A stretch of DNA of 63,741 bases, filler included, from Reclinomonas americana ATCC 50394 (Eukaryota): assembly GCA_048213135.1 (NCBI GenBank). It is 27 parts of 27 records of this genome, joined end to end, with 100 filler letters (N's around TTAATTAATTAA, not from the genome) between each part and the next. Parts side by side here need not be neighbours in the genome. Positions count along the whole stretch, not along the records: positions 24,801 to 29,499 come from AFZH01024091.1; positions 29,600 to 30,696 come from AFZH01024092.1; positions 30,797 to 32,754 come from AFZH01024093.1; positions 32,855 to 35,041 come from AFZH01024094.1; positions 35,142 to 37,339 come from AFZH01024095.1; positions 37,440 to 38,649 come from AFZH01024096.1; positions 38,750 to 41,764 come from AFZH01024097.1; 20 more parts are not named here. The stretch is one strand, 5' to 3'. Under the pieces are notes generated by a model. That model saw nothing but the letters and a program-made list of their open reading frames with translations, searched no databases and was not told where the DNA came from. Positions 29,347 to 40,200 of this stretch are shown in pieces. A program made the position numbers and the translations under genes. The first letter of the stretch is position 1, and every line of letters begins with the position of its first letter.

Positions 29347-30169
29347 ATGACCTCCACTCCCACTACTCCCCTCCTGTGCAAGTGCCTCCACGGGCACACC
29401 AGCCACATCCGATGCGCTGCCTTCTCACCCACACTGCAGCACATCGTCACCGGGAGTGTGGACGGAACACTTCGCCTGTGGTCACTGGCGAGTGGAGCAN
29501 NNNNNNNNNNNNNNNNNNNNNNNNNNNNNNNNNNNNNNNNNNNTTAATTAATTAANNNNNNNNNNNNNNNNNNNNNNNNNNNNNNNNNNNNNNNNNNNNT
29601 CGGTGTCGAGCGGAGAGGAGGTGCGACGGTTGAAGGGACACACTGACCGCGTGTCGACTGTCGCTGTCACCCCCGACGGCGAGCACATTGTGAGTATCAG
29701 CGAGGACAAGACGGTGCGCGTGTGGTCGCTAGTGAGTGGCGAGGAGGTGCGACGGTTGGCAGGGTACTCCGATCGAGTGACGCCGGTCGCCATTGCTGCC
29801 ACTGGTCAGCATTTGGTGAGCGGGAGTGTCGACAAGTCGGTGCTGGTGTGGTCACTGGCGAGTGGGGAAGAGGTGAGGCGGTTGGAGGGGCATACGGCGA
29901 TTCCGTGCGCTGTCGCCGTCTCGCCTGACGGGCAGCATGTGGTGAGCGGCAGTCTCGACAACTCCGTGCTGGTGTGGTCCACGTCGTACGGCCTCGCTCA
30001 GCAGGAACTCCGCGCCGCGCGTCTGTCCATGCGTGTTGTGCAGGAGATGCAGGAAGAGGAAGAGGCACACTCAAGATGCCTCGTGGAGATTGTTCTGCGC
30101 TGCTTCGTGGTCGAGGAGGCAGCGGTGATTGTGCATCGATGCTTCGTTGATGACAGCCTCCGTCTCTGA
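29347..30169 (+). CDS. WD40 array gene 3 (interrupted by linker; may be pieces of two genes)
   Basis: N-terminus at 29347-29499 and C-terminal repeats plus tail at 29600-30169. Confidence 0.8.
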
Positions 30170-30316
30170 CGTTCTCTTCTCTTGGTTTTCCCTTTTTTGC
30201 TTCTAAAGACAGCGGTTGTTGTTATATATACGTGAATGAAGGAGGGGCTGTGTACTTCGGGGGGAGGGAAGTGTCCGTCAAGGACGCACACTTTATTCTC
30301 GCACACCACGCCAGCC

Positions 30317-31130
30317 ATGACCTCCACTCGCACTCCTCTCCTGCGCAAAAGCCTGCGCGGGCACACCGCCTCTGTGCTCTGCGTTGCCATCACTCCCGAC
30401 GGGCAGCACATTGTGAGCGGCAGTGAAGACAAGACTGTGCGCGTGTGGTCACTCGCGAGTGGAGCAGCAGTGCGACGATTGAAGGGACACTCTCACGCTG
30501 TGTGCGCTCTCGCCATCACCCCCAATGGACGGCACATTGTGAGTGGGAGTCGGGACAACACCGTGCGAGTGTGGTTACTGGCGAGTGGTGAGGAGATGCA
30601 CCGCTGTGACGGACACGTGGAGTGGGTTCGGTCGGTCGCCGTCACTCCCGATGGTCAGCACGTCGTCAGCGGCAGCTGGGATGAAACTATGCGAGTNNNN
30701 NNNNNNNNNNNNNNNNNNNNNNNNNNNNNNNNNNNNNNNNTTAATTAATTAANNNNNNNNNNNNNNNNNNNNNNNNNNNNNNNNNNNNNNNNNNNNGCGA
30801 GTGTGGTCATTGGAGAGTGGGAAAGAAGTGCTGCGGTTGAAGGGGCGTGCCTCTTGGGGGAATTATGTCGCCGTCGCCCCCGATGGTCAGCGCATTGTCT
30901 GCGGAGGTGTTCGCAAGATTGTGCGCGTGTGGTCCACTCCGTATGGTCTCGCTCAGCAGGAGCTCCGCGTAGCGCATTCCGCCATGCTTGCTGTGCAGGA
31001 GATGCAGGAGGAGGAAGGCGAGGAGGCAGATCGGCGCTGCCTGCCAGAATTGGTGCTGCGCTGTTTCGTGGTCGAGGAGGCAGCGGTGATTGTGCATCGA
31101 TGCTTCGTCGATGACAGCCTCCGTCTCTGA
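30317..31130 (+). CDS. WD40 array gene 4 (interrupted by linker)
   Basis: N-terminus at 30317-30696; last repeat plus tail at 30797-31130. Confidence 0.8.
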
Positions 31131-31289
31131 CGTGCTCTTCTCCCGGGCTTCCTCTCTTGCTTCTGAAGACAGCAGGTGTTGTTATGTTCGTGAATGAATT
31201 CTAGATGGTCAACTTGACGCACGTCGGGAATTCGAATGTCCGTCTCAAAATGGACACGCGATTCCCATTCATTCGTCGCCACACCAGCC

Positions 31290-32357
31290 ATGACCTCCGC
31301 TCCCACTACTCCTCTCCTGCCCCAGTGTCTGCGCGGACACACCGCCACTGTGCTCTGCGTCGCCGTCACTCCCGACGGGCAGCACATTATCAGTGGCAGT
31401 GATGACAAGACGATTCGCGTGTGGTCGCTGGCGACTGGCGAAGAAGTGCGACGATTGAAGGGACACTCTCGCGCTGTGTGCGCTGTCGCCATCACCCCCC
31501 ATGGACTCCACGTGGTGAGCGGAAGCAACGACAAGACAGTGCGCGTGTGGTCACTGGCGAGTGGCGAGGAGGTGCACCGATGTGAGGGACACACGCTGCC
31601 GGTCATGGCTGTCGCCATCACTCCCGATGGTCAGCACGCTGTGAGTGGCGGTGTTGACCAGCTGATCATTGTGTGGTCGCTGGTGAGTGGAGAAGAAGTT
31701 CGGCGACTGGAGGGTCACACGGATTTGGTGCGGTCGATTGCCATCACTCCCGACGGTGTGCACGTGGTGAGCGGCAGTTGGGATAAGACCGCGTGCGTGT
31801 GGTCGCTGGCGAGTGGGGAAGAGGTGCAGCGATTGCGCGCTCCGTCGACATCGTCCGTCGCCGTCACTCCCGATGGTCAGCACGTTGTGAGTGGAGGCAC
31901 GGAGAGCACTGTACGAGTGTGGTCGCTGGCGAGTGGCGAGGAGGTGCGGCGACTGGAGATCGACGACGAAGGGCTGCAGTGCATTGCGGTGACTCGCGAC
32001 GGGCAGCGCGTAGTGAGTGCGCACGAGGACCACACTGTGCGAGTGTGGTCCATGGCCAGTGGAGAGCAAGTGCGACGACTGGAGGGACACAGTGGATGGG
32101 TGATGTCTGTCGCCGTCGCTCCCGATTGTCAGCACCTTGTGAGTGGCAGCCGAGATAAGACGGTGCGCGTGTGGTCCACTCCGCACTGTTTTGCTCGGAG
32201 GGAGCTGGAGAGCGCGTGCTCGGCGATGCGCGCCGTGCAGGATGTGCAGGAGGAGGAGGAGGCTGATCGGCGCTGCCTCGTGGAGATTGTACTGCGCTGC
32301 TTCCTCGTGGAGGAGGCAGAGGTGACTGTTTCCCGGTGGTCAAGTCTCGGGCTGTGA
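31290..32357 (+). CDS. WD40 array gene 5
   Basis: Complete intronless ORF with 7 repeats and a slightly diverged tail (ADRRCLVEIVLRCFLVEEAEVTVSRW). Confidence 0.92.
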   Translation: MTSAPTTPLLPQCLRGHTATVLCVAVTPDGQHIISGSDDKTIRVWSLATGEEVRRLKGHSRAVCAVAITPHGLHVVSGSNDKTVRVWSLASGEEVHRCEGHTLPVMAVAITPDGQHAVSGGVDQLIIVWSLVSGEEVRRLEGHTDLVRSIAITPDGVHVVSGSWDKTACVWSLASGEEVQRLRAPSTSSVAVTPDGQHVVSGGTESTVRVWSLASGEEVRRLEIDDEGLQCIAVTRDGQRVVSAHEDHTVRVWSMASGEQVRRLEGHSGWVMSVAVAPDCQHLVSGSRDKTVRVWSTPHCFARRELESACSAMRAVQDVQEEEEADRRCLVEIVLRCFLVEEAEVTVSRWSSLGL

Positions 32358-32539
32358 CCTTGCTCCTTGTCTCATCTCGGTTTTTTCTGTCTCTTGATGT
32401 CTTTGCTTCTGTTCTCTTTCGCCTGCTTGTGTTGCTGGAGTGAATTCGTTGTACGTGAGGAAGCTGCGAAGTGGACAACAAGTGTCCCTATCCCAAAAGG
32501 ACGATTTCTCTCACACTCCTCCACACTCAAGAGCGAGTC

Positions 32540-32754
32540 ATGACCTCCCCTGCTCCTCCTTCTCTGCCGCACAAGCTCTTGGTACACACTAACCTCCTAG
32601 TGTGTGTCGCTGTCACTCCCGATGGCCAGTACATAGTGAGTGGCAGCAGCGACAAGACATTGCGCGTGTGGTCACTGACAAGTGGCGAGGAAGTGCGACA
32701 GTTGAGTGGGCACACCATGACGGTGGCCACTGTTGCCATCACTGCCGATGGTCG
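32540..32754 (+). CDS. WD40 array gene 6 (3' truncated)
   Basis: MTSPAPP...VAVTPDGQYIVSGSSDKTLRVWSLTSGEEVRQL. Confidence 0.85.
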
Positions 32755-33004
32755 NNNNNNNNNNNNNNNNNNNNNNNNNNNNNNNNNNNNNNNNNNNNTT
32801 AATTAATTAANNNNNNNNNNNNNNNNNNNNNNNNNNNNNNNNNNNNNNNNNNNNAAGCTGTCCTGCTGCGCCGGTTGAATAGTGGCAAGGGCCTCTGAGC
32901 ACCCCTCGAATCTGTCTCACGCGTCGAGATCGATCGGAAGCGTGTGGATTTTCAGACAAATGCCGCCGAAAAATCCGCCTGAGACAGGTTGACTGTTCAG
33001 ATAA

Positions 33005-33220
33005 ATCGCGGAATTGGGAAGCTGCTTCCTCTGCGCCGACCTCGGCATCACGCCGGAGCTCGAGCCGAGGGCGGACCACGCCTCCTACCTCGATTCCTGG
33101 CTGAAGGTTCTCGCCGATGACAAGCGCGCGATCTTCCAGGCAGCCGCACATGCGCAGCGCGCCGTCTCCTATCTGCATGATCTCCAGCCGGCCATCGCAG
33201 GCGAACGGGAGGCCGCATGA
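33005..33220 (+). pseudogene. ardC: ArdC-family antirestriction/ssDNA-binding protein, C-terminal remnant
   Basis: IAELGSCFLCADLGITPELEPRADHASYLDSWLKVLADDKRAIFQAAAHAQRAV. The upstream frame is closed by TAA and unrelated sequence. Confidence 0.8.
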
Positions 33221-33308
33221 TGGGCGCCCTCTTCTCCTCTCATCTGTTCGTCCTGATGCGACGAGATTTTCGCATCTGGCTCGGCTCTGATGGCGGGGAG
33301 GCAAGCTG

Positions 33309-34454
33309 ATGCTCCCGTCTCAACGCGCCAATCGAGAGGGCTTCACGCCCTCTCCCTTATCACCCCGTCTGCGCGTGGCGCCGGCGCTGGCGCCGATCGC
33401 CGTCACGCCGGTCTTGGACGACCTGCTTCGCCAGCATGCCGCCGTCGCCATCGGCGTCTCCGGCGGCAAGGATAGCCTGGTGGCCGCTATCGCCACCTTC
33501 GACTATCTAGACCGCATCGGGCATGCCGGTCCTCGCCTGCTGATCCATGCCGATCTCGGGATCGTCGAATGGGCGGATTCGCTCCCTGTGTGCGAACGGC
33601 TCGCAGAGCATCTCGGCGTTGAGCTCGCTGTCGTTCGCCGCGAACAGGGCGGCTTGATGGAGAGGTGGGAGAGTCGATGGCGCGCGAATGTCGCGCGCTA
33701 CGAGGATTTAAGCACCGTGACCCTCGTGTCGTGCTGGAGCACACCGGCGATGCGCTTCTGCACGTCCGAGCTGAAAACCTCGAAAATCCATGCTGCGCTC
33801 AAGCGGGGATTCCAAGGTCTTCCGATCATCAGCGTGACCGGCGTGCGGCGAGAGGAGAGTCATCGCCGGGCCCGCGCCGAGATCGCCGAGCGAAATGCGT
33901 CCAATGGCATCTGGACCTGGCGGCCGGTCCTCAACTGGACCGATGTCGAGGTCTTCGAGGCGCTCGATGCGCGTGGTGTCCTGCTTCACCCGGCATATCG
34001 GCAGTTCGGGCTGTCGCGTGTATCGTGCCGGTTCTGCATCATGTCGAGCCTCGCCGATCTCAAGGCCGCGAGCTGCCAGCCGGAGACCCATGACCTCTAT
34101 CGCAGGATGGTCGACCTCGAATGCCGCAGCACCTTCGCGTTCCAGGGCGCACGCTGGCTCGGAGACGTCGCTCCGCATCTCCTCGATGCCGACATCCGCG
34201 ACGCCCTGATGTTGGCGAAAGAGGCGGCCAGGCGGCGCGTCGCGATGGAGCGCCGCATTACCCGGCCGATGTAGTACCAGAAGGGCTGGCCGAGCCGCAT
34301 GCTCTCCGACTGCGAAGCGGATCTGCTCGCGGAGGTCCGCAGCGAGGTCAGCCGCCTGTTGCACCTGAACGCCCGGTATCTCGACCGTGAGGCAATCCAT
34401 GGCCGCTACGCAGAATTGCTGGCGATCCATCCCGGCGGACGGAGGCGGACATGA
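33309..34454 (+). pseudogene. PAPS reductase family protein with in-frame TAG at 34272-34274
   Basis: PP-loop VSGGKDS, RFCTSELK, TGVRREES.RRA and LSRVSCRFCIM. The frame stays open and coding-like after the TAG (YQKGWPSRML...RYAELL) to TGA at 34454. Confidence 0.75.
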
Positions 34455-35272
34455 GCGATGATCGCTCATCCTTGGCAGCGTTTGCGCAGGAGTGTGACGA
34501 TGGCCGCGCCCTCGGATTGCACGGCGCAGATTGGAGTAGTGATGGGCCACCGCCCGTTTCGGGCGGCCGCGCTCTATGCCTGCGGCACTGAGCCAGCCTA
34601 CGGCCGTCTCAGCCGATTCCGGTTACGATCGCTTGTCCGGCGTGCGCCCGGGATTGCCGCGGAGAAGTCCCGCCTTGGGACGGGCTCCAGCGAGAGAGTA
34701 GACCTTACGCACCAGACGATTCAGGACGCCGGCGAGCCGTCCTCCATCTCGCGCGGCCGCACCGGCCGATGGCGCATGAATGCACACTGGTTACGGCTTG
34801 GCACAGATGTCGGTCCTGGCCACCTGAGAATTGTGCTCCGGCCCACACCAACTCCAAGCCCGAGCGACGGCGGCCGTGAATCCGGGGGTCAATCCTGCGA
34901 GGCGTCGGCGGCTCAGAACGGGCTCGCGACCGGACGTGGCACAGGGAGGGGCGACGCCGGGGATAGTTCCGTCGCCGTTGGTCATGTCATCGAACGCCAC
35001 CGATGAGCCAGCGCCATGGCCAGGCAGCTCTCCGCTCTACCNNNNNNNNNNNNNNNNNNNNNNNNNNNNNNNNNNNNNNNNNNNNTTAATTAATTAANNN
35101 NNNNNNNNNNNNNNNNNNNNNNNNNNNNNNNNNNNNNNNNNCGCTACTTTTCGCACGCCAGCGTCACCTTTTTCGGCTGAGATTGTCATAGGCAGCTCGA
35201 AGCGGAAGTTTGGCGTCGCTAGTGTCGCAATCCTTCGGGGCACGATCCGGGCATTCCTTGTGACGCGACTGT

Positions 35273-35707
35273 CTAGCGTTCGGTCGGTTGGGTGGAGACC
35301 ACTTGATCCACCAGCCGACGCAGTTCTTCACGAACCGTGGTCCGGTTTCTGATGCAGTGCATCTTGAAGGCCTGCGCCTTGTCGATGGGGACCGTCGTTT
35401 GCAGCACCATGTGCTCGGGCTTCTCGACCGGGGCCGATGATATGGGGGCCGTTGGTCGCTCGGGATAATGAGCCGCGTCGGATGTCGGTGGGGTGTCGGA
35501 GTTCGCATTCTTAACGGGATCGTTCGTCATCCCGCCGACATCGAGGCTGCGCGGATCGCGTTGCGCCTGAAGCCGCAGATCCTGTGGTGGGTCGCCGATC
35601 TCGGTCAGCTCCTCGAGTCTTTGGAACGGGCCGGAGCTCCGCTTCTTTGGCAACGAGGGTAGCCGGCTGCCGGTCGCGGACACCGCTTTGTCGGGCTCCT
35701 CGGCCAT
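35273..35707 (-). CDS. Hypothetical protein with C-terminal ribbon-helix-helix-like region (ParG/VirC2-like partner)
   Basis: Start overlaps the parA stop. Disordered N-terminus, then LQTTVPIDKAQAFKMHC...VREELRRLV (beta-alpha-alpha pattern). Confidence 0.6.
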   Translation of the reverse strand: MAEEPDKAVSATGSRLPSLPKKRSSGPFQRLEELTEIGDPPQDLRLQAQRDPRSLDVGGMTNDPVKNANSDTPPTSDAAHYPERPTAPISSAPVEKPEHMVLQTTVPIDKAQAFKMHCIRNRTTVREELRRLVDQVVSTQPTER

Positions 35708-36417
35708 CAGCGCGCACTCCCCAACCGATTGATGATTTCCGCGGCGACGGCGTTCGTCTGATCCCGCGCCTCTTTAATGGGCCTGGTCTCGCCGTCGACC
35801 TCGTAAAGGGTGCCTGCCGTCGCGATCGCGCCAAAGGTAGGCCGCTGCGACAGATAGCTGTCGAACAGTTGCACCTCGGCTTTCGTCAATTGCGCGAGTG
35901 CCGTCCTGAAGGCCATGGTGTTCTTGTCGATGCCCGACACGCCGTTCATCAGCACGCCGTACGGAATCGTCCGGTGCCGCCCTCCGAGCAATTCGATTTG
36001 CCGGACCAGAGCCAGCGAGCTGTCGACATCGAAGACGTGTGGGCGGGTCGGGATAACAACGAAGTCGGCATACGCAACGGCGGCACCCATGGCCGCGCTC
36101 GCAGTCCCCTGGATATCGACGAGAATCAGGGAGTAGTGCCGCGCGTTCTTCAGTGTCTCGCCGAGAGCGGTGACATCGGTCACCGAGACCAGGTCGATAT
36201 CACGTAGTGCGAAGCCAACCTTCTTGCTGTTCCGGTACCAGCGCGAGGCGGATTCCTGCGGATCGGTATCGACGACAAGGACCTTGTGTCCAGCGGCCGC
36301 GAACTCGCCGGCGAGCAGGATCGTGGTCATGGTCTTTCCCGCCCCACCTTTGGGCGAGGCGATCGTGACTTGTAGGGCTTCGCTGTCAGGTTCGCTCACC
36401 TGGCGCTTTTCCTTCAA
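35707..36417 (-). CDS. parA: ParA/VirC1-like ATPase
   Basis: Deviant Walker A KGGAGKT, VDTDPQ and ILVDIQG...ADFVVIP. Confidence 0.9.
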   Translation of the reverse strand: MKEKRQVSEPDSEALQVTIASPKGGAGKTMTTILLAGEFAAAGHKVLVVDTDPQESASRWYRNSKKVGFALRDIDLVSVTDVTALGETLKNARHYSLILVDIQGTASAAMGAAVAYADFVVIPTRPHVFDVDSSLALVRQIELLGGRHRTIPYGVLMNGVSGIDKNTMAFRTALAQLTKAEVQLFDSYLSQRPTFGAIATAGTLYEVDGETRPIKEARDQTNAVAAEIINRLGSAR

Positions 36418-36684
36418 AGAACTTGAGTCATTCCACCATTCTGCAATGACGTCATTCGCTCAATATATCAAGCAAAGATCCGAAAAGTCACGTCGTTTCA
36501 GTCCCGGCTGAGGGGATGGGAGCGTGATGCGATGAGCGAATGACACGATGAGCGGCAATGCGAATGACAGAATAGAAGAATGAGAAGTTGACGGGATGGC
36601 CAGCAAGTCGAATGATGGAATGAAGTTATCGTCGGATTGTTAGATGTATTTATGAGTGCATTGCGGGTATTTTTGAGATTTAAT

Positions 36685-36715
36685 TGACAAGATACTCAAT
36701 TTGGGTCCAAATTGA
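36685..36715 (-). promoter_or_regulatory. Putative oriT (MOBP-type nic site with adjacent inverted repeat)
   Basis: The minus strand reads TCAATTTGG-AC-CCAAATTGA-GTATCTTG^TCA: a perfect 9-bp inverted repeat directly 5' of a YATCCTG-like nic motif. It lies between divergent parA and mobC/relaxase. Confidence 0.65.
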
Positions 36716-36783
36716 TCGGCAGGTCGCGCCGCCGGCGACCTGGGCCGGCTGCGCCGGCACCTTTCCCTTCCAAGGGAGCTTTC

Positions 36784-37191
36784 ATGTCTGCCACCAAGAC
36801 CCGAGCCGACGAACGCAAAAGAGCCCGCGTCGATCTCACGCCCGAGGTGAGCGCGTGGCTCGACGAGGCGTCACGGGCCTTTGGCTTGAGCCGCTCAGAG
36901 ACCCTTCGGCGCCTGATTCAGGCGAGCCTCGATGTCGGTCCGGCGCTCTCTGCCGAGAACTCCCGCACGGTCGCAGCGCTCGCATCCCAAGTCCGGATGG
37001 TGGGCCGGAACCTGTCGCAACTCGTTCACGCGATCCATGCCGGGCGCGCGCCTTCGATGGAAGCGGCGCTGCCGATCTGGGAAATCCTGGACGAGCGGGT
37101 GAGCGCGATCGATCATGAGCTGACTGCGATGACCGTGGCGTATGGTCTGAAGCTCCGTCGGGCCGCGCATATGCGGGAGATCGAGGCGTGA
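36784..37191 (+). CDS. mobC: MobC-like relaxosome accessory protein
   Basis: RHH-like N-terminus (LSRSETLRRLI) and QVRMVGRNLSQLVHAIH, matching the MobC L..IG.NLNQ motif; overlaps the next gene (GTGA). Confidence 0.8.
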   Translation: MSATKTRADERKRARVDLTPEVSAWLDEASRAFGLSRSETLRRLIQASLDVGPALSAENSRTVAALASQVRMVGRNLSQLVHAIHAGRAPSMEAALPIWEILDERVSAIDHELTAMTVAYGLKLRRAAHMREIEA

Positions 37192-38649
37192 GCGTCGATC
37201 AGGCCGCCTTGGATGGCATGGCGATGCAGATGCGCGCGCGCCTTGCGGCGGAGGCGGAGAATCGCCTGATCCGCCAGTCCAGGGCAGGGGAGGGATATTC
37301 CGCCCCGCGCCCATATTTCGCGGCGCGGCAGCATCACGGNNNNNNNNNNNNNNNNNNNNNNNNNNNNNNNNNNNNNNNNNNNNTTAATTAATTAANNNNN
37401 NNNNNNNNNNNNNNNNNNNNNNNNNNNNNNNNNNNNNNNCATCTCTCCGATGCCCGGGTGCAGGGCGATCGCCGGTTCAGCGCCCCCACCCGACAGATGA
37501 TCGCTGATCGTGTCGGCGCCGCGATCGGTATCCCAGCCGAGGCAGTCGATGTCGTTCCAGTTGGCAAGGCGAGCCACGGCAAGGCTGGTGTCATCTACCA
37601 GCTCTCTCGGCTGACCCATGACGGCAAGGCACGAGGCGGAGATGGCGAGGTGATCGCGACCGAGCCGCAGGTGCGCGCTGCGGCCCAGGCCTGGAGCAAG
37701 GCGCTCCGTTCCTTCTCGCCACGCGATACGATGCACATGATCCTGTCGGCGAAGGCCGGTGAGGACAAGGCGGCGCTGGTTCGGGCGGCGCGCGGGTTTC
37801 TGCACGAGCTGTTCCCCGAGCATAAATTCGCATTCGCGCTTCATGATGACAAAGAAGTCGATGGGCATATGCATGTCCACGTCATCGTCGCAGTCAAGGG
37901 CGAGGACGGGCAGAGACTGCGGCCGGGCCCGGCCGACCTGCGGAACTGGCGTGCGGTCTATGCGACTCATGCCCAGCAGCAAGGTCTCAAGATCGTCGCC
38001 ACTTCGGCCGCCTACCGCGCGTCGTCGCAGAGCTACGGTCCGCGCGACAAGGCGATTGTCGACGTCGCTGAACGGCCGCGCGCGGGGCGGGAGGCCCAGG
38101 ACCGAGCCTATGCGAAGGCCAATCCGCATGTCGTCGAGAAAGCGCGGCAGCGCATTCAGCGCGCCAGGATCAACCCCGTTCGGCTGCCGGAGACCGGGTC
38201 ACAACTCGCTGCCGCAGGCGAGGGGCTGCGGGACTGGCAGGCGGTCGCACAGGCGCAGCCGAACCATCCGGCTGCGGCTCAATATATTGCGCGGCTGACG
38301 CAAAGCCTCGCTTCGGGTAAGATTCTGGTCTCGCTCAATCAGTACCGAAAGGCATCGAACATGGCTGACGCGACCGCCGCCGAGATGCGGGAAAACCTGA
38401 AGGACATCAGCGAGGCCGTGGCGCTTGCTGCCGGCGTCATGGGGGGCGCGACGAAGATGGAGTTCCTGCGCCGGACCGCTGCGACCATGGAGAAGCTGGC
38501 AATCCAGACCGATCTCAAGGCCAGTCAGGAAAGCGGGCAGACGCACATGTCCGAGGACGAGGTGCACCAGCTTCTCGGTCCGCATGCTGATGCGCTGATC
38601 GCCCGCGCTCGCGAGATCGAGGCGGCTGAACAGCGCGAGGCCGAGCGGG
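37188..38649 (+). CDS. MOBP/VirD2-like relaxase (split by linker, 3' truncated)
   Basis: RDTMHMILS (motif II) and FALHDDKEVDGHMHVHVIV (HUH motif III), followed by GQRLRPGPADLRNWR..YA. The N-terminus is coupled to mobC. Joining across the gap is inferred. Confidence 0.85.
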
Positions 38650-39189
38650 NNNNNNNNNNNNNNNNNNNNNNNNNNNNNNNNNNNNNNNNNNNNTTAATTA
38701 ATTAANNNNNNNNNNNNNNNNNNNNNNNNNNNNNNNNNNNNNNNNNNNNCCTACTGCTCCTTTGTTCTCTTGCCTCTCGCAACCGCCCTCTCATTCACAT
38801 CCTCGCATATCTCTCACACAAACGTGGCCTCTCACTCATTTTTCCTTCTGCTCCTCAGCCCTCTTGCCTCTCGCAACTGCCCTCTCATTCACATCCTACC
38901 ATGTCTCTCGCACATACAGAAGATCTACTTCGTGGCTCACCTGCCTCTCCCGCTTTACTTCGTCTCACCTCCCGTCACCCACTGCTTTGTTCTTTCTGCA
39001 CCACACCATTCACTCTCACGCCCTTCTCTATCACCATTTCCCCTCGCCCACATATCTCTCTCAACGGTAATGCCTCCTCTCTCTCTCCCCTGTCTCTCTT
39101 TCTTCGCCGTCGTCCCTCCCTTTCCCCTTTCCCCCATCCCCCTCCTCCCTCTCTCTTTTTCCTCCCCTCCCTCTTTCCCTCCGCAACAC

Positions 39190-40200
39190 ACAGACCACAA
39201 ATTTGATACGTGCCAGGCGGATCCAGGGTGTACGAGGCGAGAGAGACCGCAGAAATAGTGGAAACCGTGGCCGTAATACGCGTCGGCGACACCGCGGTGA
39301 CCACAAAGGCAGCCGCCCGCAAGTCCATCGACGAACAGTCGGTGGCGAGTGAGAGGAAGTATGACAGTGGCGTGCCTCCAGGTGTGACTGAATTGCTGCC
39401 ACTGGCAGCGCTTGCAGCCAGCAACGGGAAGTCACCACTCGACAGGACCACAGTTTGCGACTTGATGCCCTGGGATATGGAAGGCGCGGAAGTGCTCTTG
39501 ACACGATCTGCACGGTCGCCTCGTTAGAAGAAAAGGATGATGTAATCTTGACAGCAAAATATCTCCAGCAGGAACGCAACAAATGGATACAGACGCCATG
39601 CTAAAGTAGCCTGCCAGGTCAGTGGACGACAGGCACTACTGCTGCTTCGCTGGTGTTGGCACCCCAGTCGTGTCGAATGTCCATGTGATGGTATAGGTCG
39701 TGCCATCAGACGCGATGCTGAAGCCGCTGATGATGGTGACCACATTCCCGCGGCAGTCGGCGTTCTTGAACAGTGTAAATGACGGCGTGGCAAAGGGGAC
39801 TGAGGCCACTGGCACCGTCAACACCACCACTTGTCCGAACAAACCGACGCGAAGACCGATTGTGCTCGATGTTGTTGTTGCGCCAGTGACTACAGACAGA
39901 TGCAAGAGAATGAGAAGGATGATGGATGTGAGCATGACATGCTGGGTGACCGTACCCATAGTGGTTGTGTTGCCGATTGTCACCGTGTATGACGACGCGA
40001 CGGTTGGGATTGAAAATGTTGGCAACGGCACTGCCGAAAACACAACAAGCACATGAGCAACTCATTTCGATCCCCGCACTCTTCGCACTCTCCACTCGTA
40101 CTCACAGACGGCAAGTTGGCCACCGGTGACGGCAGTGAACGATCCGACGCCACCAAATTGAATGCTGTAATCCACAGTGTGAGTAAAAGGAATACGCTGA
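39190..40200 (-). CDS. Exons of a large Ser/Thr/Val-rich eukaryotic surface or secreted protein (partial)
   Basis: Beta-rich exons with FTLFKNADCRG, YFLSLATDCSS and PGTYQIC motifs, similar to the exon at 46690-47060. Confidence 0.5.

Noticed and set aside
26800..32754. Diversity-generating retroelement acting on the WD40 genes
   Set aside because: No reverse transcriptase, no template/variable repeat pair and no adenine-specific variation pattern is evident in the window.
34272..34274. Programmed amber readthrough or pyrrolysine
   Set aside because: A single TAG one substitution from TTG, no pyl genes in view and other genes use TAG as a normal stop; mutation or error is simpler.
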